Assembly: GCF_000400465.1 (NCBI RefSeq)
Contig: NW_008806285.1
Span: 20,001 to 144,000, forward strand
DNA: 124,000 bases
DNA from: Wallemia ichthyophaga EXF-994
Taxonomy: Eukaryota > Fungi > Basidiomycota
Reading direction: 5' to 3'
In this document: positions 23,306-38,014 of the stretch, piece after piece
How positions within the stretch are numbered: position 1 is the stretch's first letter
Layout: every line of letters begins with the position of its first letter
Notes under the pieces: model-generated
What the model was told of the DNA's origin: nothing
Seen by the model: only the letters and a program-made list of their open reading frames with translations
Database searches by the model: none
Program-made: the position numbers and the translations under genes

Positions 23306-26300
23306 ATGGAAATAGCAGTTGGGATTGCGGTACATGACTTTGAGCCTTCAGAACGAGATCCATCGATACTTAGCTTCAGTAAGAATGATATCGTGCACAT
23401 ACTCAATAAGGATGCTTCCGGTTGGTGGGATTGCCAAGTCAACGGTATTAGAGGCTGGCTGCCTATGAATTACGTGACAGAGGATATCGTACGTGCTTAT
23501 ATCCCCTCTCCACTTTATACTCACATTGATACCACAGGACGCTTTCTACGGCAACAGCGAAGATGATCTCGAGACTCGTGATGCTGACAAGAAGGATCAT
23601 CTCAAAATCTCAGACGATAATCTCAACGACGACTTTCCCCACGACGATCTTAATCCGCAGTCACAGCCCAAGGATTCTCCAATTGCAGCCGTGCGGAATG
23701 CTTTGACTTTGGTGAAATCTGCTGTTATATCTAGTCACCTGTCACACCTTCAGCCAGCTACAGCTTGTGTTATATCCTCGGTTAGATCCCTTCTCGCATC
23801 CGCAGACGCTTTGAACAAGGACTCGCATAGCAACAAGATTAGCGCGTCTATCGCAGAAAACAGACGAAATCTACTGTCTCTGCTATCCAGGTTCGTCGTT
23901 CAAAGCAGATTGGTTATGAAAGAAGCTTTGCAAACCTCCAATAAGGTTTTGCTAAGCGAGGATCTCGAGGAGGTTATTCCGATGGCCGATCAAGTTTTCG
24001 TCTTGGCTGAGAATTTCGCAAATCTCTGCAAGTCGCATGGTATTAGTCTAGGCGAAGATTTCACCCCTTATTCTTCTCCGCATACATCTCAATTGCCTCA
24101 TCATGAAACCAAGTGTCAAACTGAAAACGACATCCAAATTTCAGCTATACAAAGACAATCATCTGGAATATCCAGAATGACTTCCTTTGACTCTTTCAAG
24201 AGCTCCGCAGCTCAATCCGGCGCCTCTTCAGCCGTATCTCTCGTTTTCAATACCCGTGATGCGGGTGATTATTTGACCGAGGATAATATCAAACATGAAT
24301 CCTCCGCGGATCAAACTTTTGACAAACTTCTTTACGTTATCAATGAGGCTCTCAAGTCAACTATCGCAGCAACCCTCGGACATTTACACGCCATGCCCAG
24401 TCAAAATCATGCGTCATCTAGTATCCATTTGATCGACCTACTCAAGGAGACGATAGCAATAGTAAAGCGTCTTCTGACGGTTTTACAATCAATTCAACAG
24501 AATGGTCCGCTGAATACCATCGTTCCTAGGGACGGTTCTATGTTGGATGAAACAATTAGAGACACATACCTTTCCACTGATGATTTGGTAGCAGCAGCGG
24601 AGTCTTTACTATTTAATCAACCTCAAACGACATTGATAGATAGTACGCACGAGTCAAAGAGACACCACTTACTCTCGTGTATAATGCAAATTTACAAGAT
24701 AACAACGGAAGCGTATGAGATATCTTCGAGAATGATTGAGTACGCATCAAGGGCATCTATACCATTAAAATTGAACGTAAACATGCCAAACCGCACATCT
24801 AAGACTAGTCTACAAGACATAACAAATAATGATTTCAACAAGACGTTATCACAGCAAGACACGCTGCCACAAACAGTTACAGAAGCTAGTCAAAAAGAGC
24901 TTAAGAGACGGCACAGAAGACAACAGACGTTGTCAATGTTTGATAGAAGGACTGCCAGTCTTACGAATCTCCAAGATCAATTCCAATATGACAACAGTGG
25001 CAAGGAAGAGGGTAAAGAAATATTAACGACACCCACACTCCAAGATACCTTCGATCATGATAATGAAAATGACCGACCAGAGAGCAGTGCATCACATGAT
25101 ACGACTATCTGCGCACCATATATCACTTTCACAAGTACAGAAAATATTGGCACACCAACACAGGTTGAGAACATGAAGAATATATCTCCAACTTCAGGCA
25201 CATTCACAGAACAAAGCTCATCACCACAGTGGAATAATTGGGGAAATTCAAATGTGCTGAATTTGCCCACAGGCAGTCCAGAAGCGAGCAAATCATCCAC
25301 AACGCCCGAATCGCCTGTCGGTATTGCATTACCGTTGAGCACTCCGGACGTTGCAAAGGGACATGCCGTTGGTGGCAAGATGCCTAGTTTATCAAACGCA
25401 CCTGGTAGTTTTGATTTATCCGCTCTCAGACCTAGACCGCGAGCTAGAGCTGCGACTGTTGGGACAGCCGATATTAGTCAAAATCGCTATGATGAGAAGG
25501 AAAATTCTGCAGATTCGCCAGCATTGAAGTTGTCGTTCAGTGGTACGAATCCAAGTATTAGTAATACACAAAGAGATGATCTATCGGCAGCTTCGTTGAC
25601 ATCAGGATCTGAAGCCAACGGATCTATCGCGTCGACGAGAAGCAACACGGACGATGGTTTTGGTAAGGCTGGCACGTCTACACCCGCTACTGTTCACAGC
25701 TGGGTTTTGGATGAAAAAGGCTCGATTCGCGACAAGCCCAAGTTTGATATCGGTATTGAGACGGACAGTGACGGTGAAGATGTTGATAACTTGCCTCCAT
25801 TGCCGCTAAAGCAATACAGCGGGCGTCAACGCCAGAGAGCACTCACGACATCAGCGGCTCAGCCTTCCTCGCATCGTGGTTTGCAATCGACCGTCAACTT
25901 TGGGAAATATGATATAGTCAGAGGCGGTATGAATAACAAAATCATGGGCGCAACATTACCATCACTCGTGGCAACACTCACACCACACGATGTGACGCTC
26001 GACATCAATATTTTAGAAACATTCATGATGACATTTAGGCTATTTACGACACCGATCCAATTCGCAATTGAGCTTAAAAGTCGATTCGAAAATGCCGATG
26101 ATATTGAAAATAACAGTATCAGCAATACGATCAGACTGGGAGTGTATAATCTAGCCAAATTGTGGCTTGAAGTACATTGGGTCGATCGAGAAGACTACAA
26201 TGCACTTGAGACTATAGAGGATTTGGGTGTGAATTCCAACACTATGAACACATATACCGCATCGACTGATGTCTTATTGAATCTCATTGATAGACGTCGC

Positions 26301-27566
26301 TTCGAGCATGAGCATCCAGAGTCGATGAATCACAACAACAGCTCGTACAATTCAATAAGCAATAAGACAAAGTCTAAAAGACATGATGGACAGCATTCGC
26401 TCAAGATGTTTAAGAATCTGCAATTTTCAGAGACTAGCTCGGTTATGATGAACAGATATAGCAGGAGTTCAATAGGTAGTTCGATGGATCAGATACCAGT
26501 ACCACAAATCGGCAAGACACTTTTAAATCACTTAAAGTCGCCTCAAGGGTTGACGTCAGCTCCACTACCTACGGACTTCGAGCCAATTGAAATGGCGAGG
26601 CAGTTGACAATAATGGAGAGCAGGTTGTATCAGTGCGTTACTGTCTCAGAATTACTTAGTGTCAATGAAGGCGGAAGCAATAAAAAAGGCGTAGATGCGA
26701 ATGACGTCAGACCGGCTCTAAAGGCTATGAGTGAATTCACCACCCGCGTTACAGCTTGGGTGAGCGAATCCATCCTTAGAGAGGGCGAAGCTAGAAAAAG
26801 AGTACCTCCGATCAAGTTTTGGATCAAGGTGTGCAAGGTGGGTAGGATAAAATTTGTCGAGCTGTCTGACACGATTACCAGCATTCACTTTCGCTGAACA
26901 ACTACGGACTACTTATTGCGATTGTTTGTGGCTTGACGACATCGACAATCAGTAGACTCAAGCGGACTTGGGAGGTGTGTGAGAGTGTTACAGAAATAGC
27001 ACATGCTAATATCATCATTTAGCTCGTACCCGTAAAACATCGCAATCTGCTAAACAACCTCAACACAATGGCTGCATGTGATAGGAACTATGCAGTATAC
27101 AGAGCCAAATTACGTTCAGCTCAATTACCCGCATTACCATATGTCGGGCTGTTCCTGTCAGATCTTACATTTGTGCACGTTGGTAACAAACCAACGAGAC
27201 CATCATCGATAGATGGCAGAAGACAGGTGATCAATTTTGACAAGTATGAGAAGCTCAAGAACATTATTCAAGGTGTGTTGAATAATATACCAAGTATCAG
27301 TATTAACCAGATTATTAGATTTTATGAGATTTCAAGAGCCTTTCAGGTTGACAGAAGTGCCCGAGTTCCAAACATACCTGCATAGAGCATTGACACATGT
27401 GGAAGCCAGCAACGAATCAGCACAAGATTTGTATAATAGAAGCTGTGTGCTTGAACCAAAGAACTCGAGCGTGTCAATGCAGAAAGTGAAGAGCAATACA
27501 TCGATAGATTCTCTGAGACATTCAGTAGATCGCAGGGAGTTATTTGGATGGACAAAAAGACATTAA
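23306..27566 (+). CDS. Ras guanine nucleotide exchange factor (SH3 + REM + CDC25 domains), Cdc25/Sdc25-like
   Basis: N-terminal SH3 (AVHDFEP..DASGWWD..RGWLPMNYV); REM (ETFMMTFRLFTTP); GEF (EMARQLTIME; PALPYVGLFLSDLTFV; VINFDK). Confidence 0.92.
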
Positions 27567-27921
27567 AAAAGACATACAGTAACGACACAATTTAGAAAGG
27601 AGACATTGGAATACGATATAAATATTCCTGTACAATGACAATGCAAATGTATAATTAAATATTGAATGAAATGATTAAGAATGTGATTGATAATAAAGCT
27701 GATAAATTGTTAATAAGCATTTAAAAGTTTGTAGAATATTCGCCATCGCCATGTTTCGCCTGATCATTTTAGGAATAACAAATTGCCACAACTGAACCCA
27801 TAATTGAGGCGGTTGCTTTGGTTATCCAAGAGCCGCCACGATTTTTAGAAATTTATTTAGAGCGTCTAGAGTAGCTTTATCCTCAATACCAACATTCAAT
27901 TTTACAGCCACAACGAATATT

Positions 27922-28957
27922 ATGTCAGAGAGAGTACACAACAGAGTAGTGAGTTGTGTAGATGATAGTCACAGCAAATAGCTCATACATGCCATAGGTT
28001 ATCATTGGATCAGGTCCAGCTGGTCACACAGCAGCAGTTTACCTCGCTAGAGCAGAAATGTCACCTGTCATGTTCGAAGGAATGCTTGCGAACGGTGTGG
28101 CTCCAGGTGGTCAACTCACAACGACAACCGATGTCGAGAACTATCCAGGTTTCCCAGACGGTATTAGAGGTCCTGAGATGATGGACAAGTTTAGAGCCCA
28201 GTCTGAGAGATTCGGTACTCAGATCCACACTGAGACCATCTCCAAAGTTGATTTATCCAACAGACCTTTCAAATATTGGAGAGAGGGTTATGAGGAAGAT
28301 GGAGAAGCGTTTGAGTTGGCTGACTCTCTCATTTTAGCCACAGGTGCATCTGCCAAGCGTTTGTTCATACCTGGTGAAGAAACATATTGGCAGTCAGGTA
28401 TTTCTGCATGTGCAGTTTGCGATGGTGCAGCACCAATTTTCAGAAACAAATCTTTGGCAGTCATTGGTGGTGGTGACTCCGCAGCAGAAGAAGCTACATA
28501 CCTCACCAAATACGCTTCACATGTTCACGTCTTAGTACGCAAGTCTGAATTAAGAGCTTCAAAGATCATGGCTGCAAGATTACTCAAGCATCCTAAGGTT
28601 ACGGTTCACTGGAACACAGTCGCAACTGAAGCACTTGGTGATGGCGATTTATTGCAAGGTCTCGGCCTCAAAAACACTCAATCTGGTGAAACTAGCAAGT
28701 TGGACGTGAATGGTCTGTTCTACGCTATCGGTCACGAACCTGCCACCGAACTTGTTAGATCTCAAGTAGATACTGATAACGACGGATATGTTAAGACTGT
28801 GCCAGGTACCACCCAAACTAACATCAAGGGTATCTTCGCTGCCGGTGACGTTCAAGATAAAAAATACAGACAGGCTGTCACATCAGCTGGTTCAGGTTGT
28901 ATGGCAGCTTTGGAGTGTGAAAGACTTCTTGCAGAGGAAGAAGTTGAGGAATCATAA
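27922..28957 (+). CDS. TRR1: Thioredoxin reductase
   Basis: [12 protein letters not shown]; redox motif CAVC; [10 protein letters not shown]; FAAGDVQD; one 5' intron. Confidence 0.97.
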
Positions 28958-29305
28958 AAATCATTATAGAACTCTTCTTCATATATTAATATCTAGTTCA
29001 TTCATGCTTTATGTAAATGAAAATTGATCAAAATGTTCAAGTAATTTGTTATCAATGTTTATGTATGATCGTGTATACAAGCAAGTGAGGAGTAATGTAT
29101 CCAAGTGTCCGTTTGGGTATTGCTGTGACACTGAATATACGTATATTGATTGAATGATTGTCAAGAATGACTTTAAATTTGATATTTTTTGGTATGCTCT
29201 TCTTTTAAAATGAATGAAATGAGACTGAATCGAGTGAATTTAATTGAATGACCACCTTGTTTGGTATCCGCTATTTGTTTGAAAATGCAATAATTTTGTT
29301 ATCTC

Positions 29306-31193
29306 TTAAGCACCGAAGCTTTGACCTACACCGACACTCTCACTCAAGTTGGATTCACCGACGTATGTAAAACCTTGGAATTGTCCTTGTACAGTTTGTG
29401 ATAAATGGCTGTCCTCAACTACACTATCTTGAGGTGCTTCAGATGTGAATTCTTCATCAAAGTTGCTGGTATCAATTGCAGATGCAACAGCAGGCTTGAA
29501 TGGTGGCTGAATTTTCTTTGATGACAATCTCTTCCATTCAATATTGTTAACGAAGAATGGATGATCTTTGATTTCTTGGGCACCATTGTATCCTAATCTA
29601 GCAGATGGGTTACGATGTAACAATCTCGACAAAATATCTTTCGCATCTGGACTAAACTCGTCACCAAATCTGAGTGGATCTTGAAGAATCTTTCTATACA
29701 TTTCGTTGGTATTTTCATCGTAAAATGGTGGTAGACCTGACAACATTTCATAAAGCAAAACGCCGAGTGTCCACCAATCAACTGATTTAGTATATCCCTT
29801 ATTCAAAAGTAATTCCGGAGCGAGGTATTCAGGTGTACCGCAGAAGGTGTTAGTTGTCTCGTTTTCTGTCATGTTCAATTTACACAGACCAAAATCACAC
29901 AACGCGATGTGTCCTGTGTAATCCAACAAGATATTTTCGGGTTTGAGATCTCTGTAGACGACATTGAAGCCGTGCAAGTGCTCCAGTGCCAACAACAATT
30001 CAGCTGTATAGAATCTCGACCTAGCCTCGTTGAATCGGCCTTCACGTTGCAAATGGTGGAACAGTTCGCCACCGTTGACAAATGCAAGAACGAGATAAAG
30101 CTTTTCAGTTGATTGGAAACTGAATTTCAAAGGTACGATAAATGGGTTATTGACTTGAGCGAGAACAGTTCTTTCTGCTAGAGTGTGTGTAACTTCGGAT
30201 CGATTGACAATATGTGCTTTGCGGATCGTTTTCAATGCATATATACGCGAAGTGTCTCTCTTTCTTACTTGCATCACTTTGCCGAATGATCCTTTACCGA
30301 TAACCTTGAGTAGATCGAAGTCCTCGATTGTCAGTGATGAGGCTCTTGCTTGGAATGAGACTTGAATAAGCATGTGACCAGAGCCACCTGCCACAGGATA
30401 CCAAGATTCTGTTGCGCGCTTGAGTAGAGTTAGAAAGGTGACTACTGTAATAAATTACCTACGTTTGACTCAAAATCTGGAATGAATTTAACAGCACCCA
30501 AAAAGAGATCAGAGTTGCCCATATCATTTAATCCAGTGGCATTTTGACCAGGTAGATTGCTTGATCCGGTTCTTAGGTAGGTAGATATAGCTATCTCGCT
30601 AGCTCTCGAAACATCACTTGAGATTTATGTAAACAACGAGCATATCTGCTGATAGGATACTCACAAATGAGCCTTGTACATCCAAACAGGCTGGTCGAGT
30701 CTACCACCGAGCGCATCAACAAGAATTTCATTCTTATCGAATTCCATAACGATATAAGGGAGCCACCAGCACTGTTTGCGTTGCATGCTGTCCCTGTTGT
30801 TGGAGCTGTAAGAGGACTGACGTGCGTGGTTGACAGATGTGGAGGTGACGCTTGCGGCAGCAGCAGCAGCCTGTGTGGCTAAAGCTTTCTCAATTTGTTG
30901 CGGAAGTGACTGACCCGGCAATTCCAAATCGCGGGCTTCGACGACTCTGATGGTAAGGACACCTGAACGATGAATAGGAGCGCCAGAAGCGGTAGAAACG
31001 GAGGTACCGTTAGTGGAAGGAGAAGAGGAGATTACAGGGGAAGCTGTGGAAGTCTGTCTAGATTGAGTGGATAGATTTGAGGAAGATGACTTTGAGCTGA
31101 GTGGGTTAGCTTCTTTGAGTTCTTTCAAGTGTTAGCTGATTGTATAATAACATATGGTGACGCACTTCTGCCTAATTTCCATGTACTTGACAT
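29306..31193 (-). CDS. YPK1: AGC kinase Ypk1/Gad8
   Basis: Spliced MSSTWKLGRK|LKEAN; C2-like region; VIGKGSFGKV; YRDLKPEN; TNTFCGTPEYLAPE; hydrophobic motif FQGFTY. Confidence 0.93.
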
Positions 31194-31512
31194 AGCGTCT
31201 TAATGTTTGAATCAAAGGAATATTCATCTCGAGGTTTGTAAAAACTAAAGCTGAAAATTGATTTTATTGTTGCAATATATTGTAGAATGCTTGAAATATA
31301 GAAATCGTATTCCATTTAGCGTAAATTTCATTTCCACTCGCTTACACCTTCGATTACGTTGGGTACCTCAGGGACAATATTCTAAATACTTCCTGATATA
31401 CCCATCTAGCACGCTCGTTTATAATTATGGTCTCGGTTTTCCATTCCTTTAGGCCTTCCTTCCGTGAAGACAAATGCAACACAGCCAATAACCCACCCAG
31501 TACAAAGCCTTC

Positions 31513-32717
31513 ATGACATTACCAAATCACAATGAGACCTTAGGTGTATGTTCAAGACTAGCTGATGAGCTTGTGAATTCAATTATCGGTTTTGATTTCA
31601 ATACCGACGACTTGACAATATCACAGAATCAATTACCCCAGGAACTTGACATTAGACTGTCCAGCGCACCAAATACAACAACCACGCGTAGAATTTTCAC
31701 TCCATTAAAGAGTACACGTCGGAGGAAGACACCAAGCTCACTCAAACGTTATGATCGCGGGTGGTGTGCGTACTGGAAAGGCAAGTCTGTTTAAATTAAA
31801 CCTAGACACTTTTTATCTCAATCAAGCTGCTAGTATCACTCAGCGCACCGAGGTCACATCTCATTCACTCTGAAACATCAACCCCAACATCTATTCTATT
31901 CGATCAATTTGGACGACGGGGAGAATTCGTTTGAACTTATGATACTAAGTTTGAATGACACAACTGAATTAGATTATGGTGTTGATGGAAATGCTAGTAA
32001 GGATGTTGACACAATACTAAAACATGCCGTACATCTCTACACTCAAATACTATATCAAGAGTTGAGAGATTTCAGCTGTAATAGCACGAAATCGCTTGAC
32101 ATGCACATTCATGTTTGTAGCTAGATGATTGAACCAGCCAAGTTGCTTACTGCCAGTAATGGTTTATTGGCGCTACAGCAGCATGTATTACCAATTATGT
32201 TACGCCTAGCTACATGTATAAATGTCTTACCTGTCACTGCACGCGCTGACAGTCTCACCGATCGTCAGAGATACTTGGATTCAGCGAGAGAATATCTACA
32301 CCAGAATCTAATACTCATAGAATGATTTCCATTTAGAGAATTTCAATATAGTCAACCGAGTTGATCAAGATTCGTCAAAGTCACTTCGTCCACTCCATCT
32401 GTACCTTACGACGATACTTCGACTTCAGTTCACCTCGATCCAGCTCCATACGTTATTGTTATACCAGAACCATTCGAGAGACCATTGAAAACTAGGAAGT
32501 ACAGATGGGGAACTGTGAATGTTTTTGATGATGAACAAACAGATTTCAACGCTTTGCATAATGTTTTATTTGGCGCTAATTCGGATGTTAGAGGCTTTAA
32601 CTTGAATATTACAACTAACAAGAATAACCGCAGTCTCTGAGAGCGCGCATTAGAGAAACACTTTCCGAAAGTTTCAGAAAGGAAACTCTCACAGATATTC
32701 AGCAAAAGAAAAGATAA
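31513..32717 (+). pseudogene. Septin-family GTPase pseudogene
   Basis: Across frames: NVMIAGGVRTGKAS (P-loop), ILSLNDTTELDY, HIHVCS*MIEP, INVLPVTARADSLT (G4), RKYRWGTVNVFDDEQTDFNAL; in-frame stops at 32122, 32323, 32362 and at least two frameshifts. Confidence 0.8.
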
Positions 32718-32921
32718 ACATTTATCAAATACAACTAATCAATTGGGACAAAATCAATTACTATCATTTCTATGTTGTAAACAGACTTGTTAGCCAAAAA
32801 TATCGGAAAAGTTTTCGAAGGTATGTATTTCCTACTGTTTTTCTTTTTTTTTTCTTATCGATGCATAATTTTGTTTATCAACATTAAAATACATGTAATG
32901 TAATTATAATAAATAAAGTTA

Positions 32922-35900
32922 TTACCACGACAACTTCTTATCAAACCCTTGCAAAATTTGATCTAAACCGTCTAACTCCTCAGTATCAATCTCATTCTGT
33001 GCTTTTTTATACAGCAGCCCGCAATCAAGATTGACACAAGGCACGTCTTGAGAGGGAAGCGTATGAGCGCATGATGCGCAAATTGTATGAAAATCTCTCA
33101 TCTTCGATTGAGTTCTATAGTTCCTACTAAGCAGCTTGTATACAGTATCACTGATATTTGAATCCGCTCTACAACTACTACAAATTGCTTCTTTTGAGGC
33201 TTCACCGCATGTTTCACACGTTCCACTTCGAACGTAATTGCCAATCACACCACCTCTCCGTGTATGTGTAAATGGTTTCCTAGCCTCCGCTTTGAATTTT
33301 CTAGACATTGTCGCATACCATGAGTGTACATCAGCGCCCATAAGGTTAAATATCCTCTCTAATGGTGGAATGAGCACTCTCTCTATGTAGTACTTCGCAT
33401 CTATTCGCAAATTGCCATTTCTAAGTATTTCCTCGGGTTTTACTGCTCTGTCTACTTGTCGATCAGAGCTGCCTTCAGTGATTACATAAGGTACTCTTTC
33501 ACCGTAATGAGCTGCTGCTCGTGGATCATCCGTCAGCGCTTTCGTTGCTACCATTACTCCAGGTATTGGAACGACATTGTTGGAGTATGTCCCTAGTCTT
33601 ACTTCCTTGGCAAATGTAAAGTCCTGAATAGAGACTCGGCCTTGGATGACCTTGTTGAATTGTCTCACGCAGTATTCCTTTACTTGTGATAGGTCTGATG
33701 TTTTATATAATACTCTGAGTGACGAGTGTTAGATATTCTCATGATCAATAATGCCACCCACTTTAAAGCTGCTTCCACCATCTTTGCCTGAGCAGGTACG
33801 CCATCTCGACGAACAGTCTCGATACCTTTGGCTTCAAATACGCCCACTGTATCTGACGATCGCTCAAACATGTTCCCAGTGTACCGCTTCTTTGCTAATA
33901 GGACTGACGGCAAATACATCTGGAACAGGTTTAGCAAACAACATGTTTAAACAACATGCTCACCTTCTCTAACTTTAACTTTATAGGTCGTGGATTAGAC
34001 TTTGTGACAGCCTCAGCAATAGCTGCGCCAGTTTCGAATGCCTCTTTCTGAGATTTACCTTTGAGTCTGACAAAGAGTGAATCAGTGTCGCCATAGACGA
34101 CATCAGCACCCCATTCCTCATTTCTTTCAATAAATTGAATAGCCTAAAACAATAACGTTATTTAAGCAGTAATGAAGCATCAACCGCCTACCCTTTCTAA
34201 TGTCTCCCTCCCAGTTTGGACAATCGAATCAGCTAGCTCTACACTTGGCATTCGACCACTATAACTGGCCGACGTATATCCGTATGTGACATTTGCCATG
34301 AGCTTAAGAGAGAGCTGCCTGGCATGTTGCAATTTCTTGAGATACTTTGGAAATAGTTAGGACTACTGATCATAACAACCGACGACCTACCTTGTCATCT
34401 CTGTTCTCTTGCATAGATTCTTTGATCATGATGCGCGTATCCAACAGTTCCGCCAGCATTTTTGATAGAAGTGACTTGCGCACGTGTGGCTTGACATACA
34501 TCAGCCCATTAGGTGCGACTGCTAGGTTGTTAGATAACAGTATTTCCAATGTTTCACTCACAATTTATATCATTTTTGAGGGCATCGAGTATTTTTGATG
34601 ACTCAGCATGATCGATGATCCCAAATTTATACTTGCTGTCATAAGGTTTCACACGTCCCAGGCAAGTTGAATAGCAGTAATTGTACGCAAGAATAATGGA
34701 AGGATATAAAGACTGAAAGTCAAGCACTATGACAGGATCTTTGTAGAACGCAGACTGGGGTTCCATGACCAAGGGCAAAGCTTCAGCAGCTTGTTGACTG
34801 CCCACTTGGTTTCTGGACGGCGAAATCAACACGTAGTTTTCGGGCTTAGCGATCCGGAACATTAATGCTTCGACTTTGAATTGCGAGCCACGCGATATGA
34901 CACTATAGAAATCTACACCGATCGTGCGAGCAAATTCACTGCTTTTATTAGGTATAGGACTGGTAGAAAGGGAGTCTACTCACGCTGTTTTTGTAATTAT
35001 CTCCATTGAGTCGAGTATATCACCAATTAATTTGACCCTTGATGTAAAGACATCTAGTACTCTAGCGAAGGAAGATGCATTTCCAGAAACCCACCACTGG
35101 CTCAGAGTTACTGGTTCATACTTTGGGACTCTGAATTGTGTAAGCTGGATATTAAAGTAAACCTTTCACCCACCTTCGCTTTAATAGACTATGAGTAACG
35201 TGCTCGAATGTCGTCTGTGGCAAACTCAATTCAGAGCGCGCCAGTCTCCAGACGTTAAAAACATGTCTACCTGGTGAGGTGAAGGTACTGGTTTTCATCT
35301 CAGCCCATCGTTCACCCCCATTAATATTCCGCATCGTCCTAGATTTGATTCTAGACGTCTCCTCACTCAATTCTAATCCAATTTCTATGCGTGTCCGCTC
35401 GACTAGGTATCCCCACGACCCCAGCTCCGTATCCCAGCCTGCGAGGATATCAGGATCAAAATGCTGCACTTTATCTATAAGGGTGAATATTAAATCCGCT
35501 TCGTTGATAGCAATTTCCATATCGTATCCGTCTAATTTGTATTTGGTTTCGCCTTCAACGACTATCATACCCCTTTCTACATCCTCATTCATGTCGTGGT
35601 AGGAAAAAAAAACAGCCTCGACTGGATTATACTCAGGATTAGACACTTTCGTGTTGTTGCTCCTCGCGAAAACCTCGACAACCATCATCGTAAGTTGGGT
35701 TTGAACGTCGTGCTCTCGCGGCTCATACTTTTTTCCTCCACTGGCCGTCGATGCATCTAAACCGTAAACTTGTCCCGAAGGCGGTCCTTCAATCTGCAGC
35801 AACGTTAGCTGGCAAAAGCAATGTATTAGTAACCAACCTGAGTATGAAAAACCTTCTGAGAACTGGCTTTCTTGCTTTTGTAATCAGCTACCACGCTGCG

Positions 35901-37895
35901 CTTTGAGGGAGGCAATGGGGCATACTCAAAATATCTAGCTCCTCTCGTCGAGTAAGTATCGCAGCTCCCATCCCAGCTTGGTATGACGTCGCCTTTCAGT
36001 ACAAACACCCTTCCTGCGTATTCTCGGGGTCTTTCAGGAACGTCTGATGCATTAGAATAGTAAGGATCGCGATAAATCTTCGTTGGGGCTCTCTGTTCTT
36101 TTAGGGACTGCAAAGCTTCTTCGATGGTAGGTGGTGGAATGCTGTATTTGTAAATACTCTTATCCTGGTTTATTCGTGGTGCTTGTGACTTTCGCGGTGT
36201 AGTTACACTATTCTGCGATGAGCTTAGCAGCTTTCGCGGTGTTGCCTCTTCGATCTTTGTGTGAATCATACCGATTGTAAGACCTGGTGTAACTTGGCGC
36301 TGAGATAGGTTGGCTAGAATCTCCTCATATTCTTGTGAGGCGAGCAAATCGCTGCTGTTTGATCGACTTCTTTTTCTCTGTGGCTGTTCGCTCTCCTGGC
36401 TATCTGGAACGACTTCCAGAGTTGGTTCACGTTTCAATGGTGTCTCTGAAGATTTATACATTGAGTCCATTAGTGAAAGCTGCTTCATTGATCCTTTACT
36501 ATCGCTTAGCATTGTGCTTTCTCGGCCGCTCAAAGCCCTCCCTGGAAATTCATGAAGACCAGTATTTTGAGCAAAGCTATCAAATGGGTTGTTGTCGATA
36601 TCCATATTCATTACGTTTGACTTTTGAGTAGCCAGCTGTTGACTGACGATCGGCTCTATATCCTTGTTGGGTTGAGATGATGAAATATCTAAGTACTGAC
36701 TGCTATCCTCATTCCGGAGCTCCTTTCGTCGTTCTGAAGGATGGAAGAGAGCCTCAGTACTCTCGAACACAGTCATCAAGTGGTGCTCCTCAGTAAAAGG
36801 TGGCGCAAAATCTGCGCCGTTATTGGTATCTGAAATCCTATCAAAAAATGAGTCTAAGATATCGTCTAGATTGTCCCACAAAGGAAAAGTGGCAGAATCA
36901 TTGCGACCTCCTTTAACACTCCCCTGAATCTGGATTGATGATGGTAAACCCTTGGCTTCACGTCTTTTCTCTTCGTTTAACCATAATTCTCTAAGAGAAG
37001 GTAGAAGCTTTTCGTCAGGAACCAGCTCTTCGTAAGGAGCGTTGTGTATGTAACGTGGTGCTATCCTATACCTATTTTCAATCCAGGAAGCACGAACGTC
37101 AAACTCAAGCACGCAATTGGTGTCTCTTGGAATGTTGTGTGTGTCTTTCTCGTCTATTGTTGATGCATTGATAACATTCTCTGCTACAACTTGATCGCTA
37201 TGCCAGTCATACACGGTAGGCTCTGTGATTATGAGAACAGTGCAAGGAATGTAAAATAAACACACACCTGGTAAAGGGTACCTGTACTTAGCTTGGGATA
37301 ACTCAAGCCAATCGCATCCGTAGAGGTTGAAATCGGTAAAGAACTGAAGCAGATAAGGAGAATGTGATTCAAAAGGCTGAAAAGTGGAATTCATTAGCTG
37401 ACCGGACTCCATCAACTGCACCAGTCTGGGAATATGCTTGGGATCATTCATCATTATCTTTAGAAACGGACGTGTTCCGACATTGTAGCCATAAAAAGGG
37501 GTACCTTTGCAAATAACAATAGCACGGACGAATTGTGTGGTAGACAGCTTGTCACTCATGTTTCTCCGCAGGCTAAAAGCGAGAGACTGATTGATAGACA
37601 AGCCTAATTGGTGAACATAGTCGCGCACTGAGGAGATGATCAGAGATGACGATCATAAAGGGTGATAAGAGCGCGTACCTTTTTCAGGGGTGACGCTATG
37701 CTTGTACTCTATGTAGAAATAAGGGTAGATGCCGTGTACGTGAGCGCAGGCCATTTGGCCCGTATCAAGCCTGCCGAAAACGCGTATAACGGGAACGGTG
37801 GCCAGTGGGAATGGAGAGAAATTACTGACATTATCATCAAAATAAGAAATTGGTTTAAATAAATTAAAATCTAAGTTGGAAATTCGTATTTTCAT
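32922..37895 (-). CDS. REV3: DNA polymerase zeta catalytic subunit
   Basis: [18 protein letters not shown]; PolB motifs [11 protein letters not shown] and YGDTDS; C-terminal Cys clusters; multi-intron. Confidence 0.96.
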
Positions 37896-38014
37896 TATTT
37901 CATCTTCTTGGAAGGGAATTGATCGTCGGCGTTAGATTGAGAAAGGCGTTGGCGCTTGTTGGATTGTGGACTGCAGAAATTTATTAAATTCGTCTAGTTA
38001 CAAGAAACAGACAA

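Noticed and set aside
32122-32364. Stop-codon readthrough, reassignment or A-to-I editing to rescue the septin-like gene
   Set aside because: Mixed TAG/TGA stops plus frameshifts; all intact genes use the standard code
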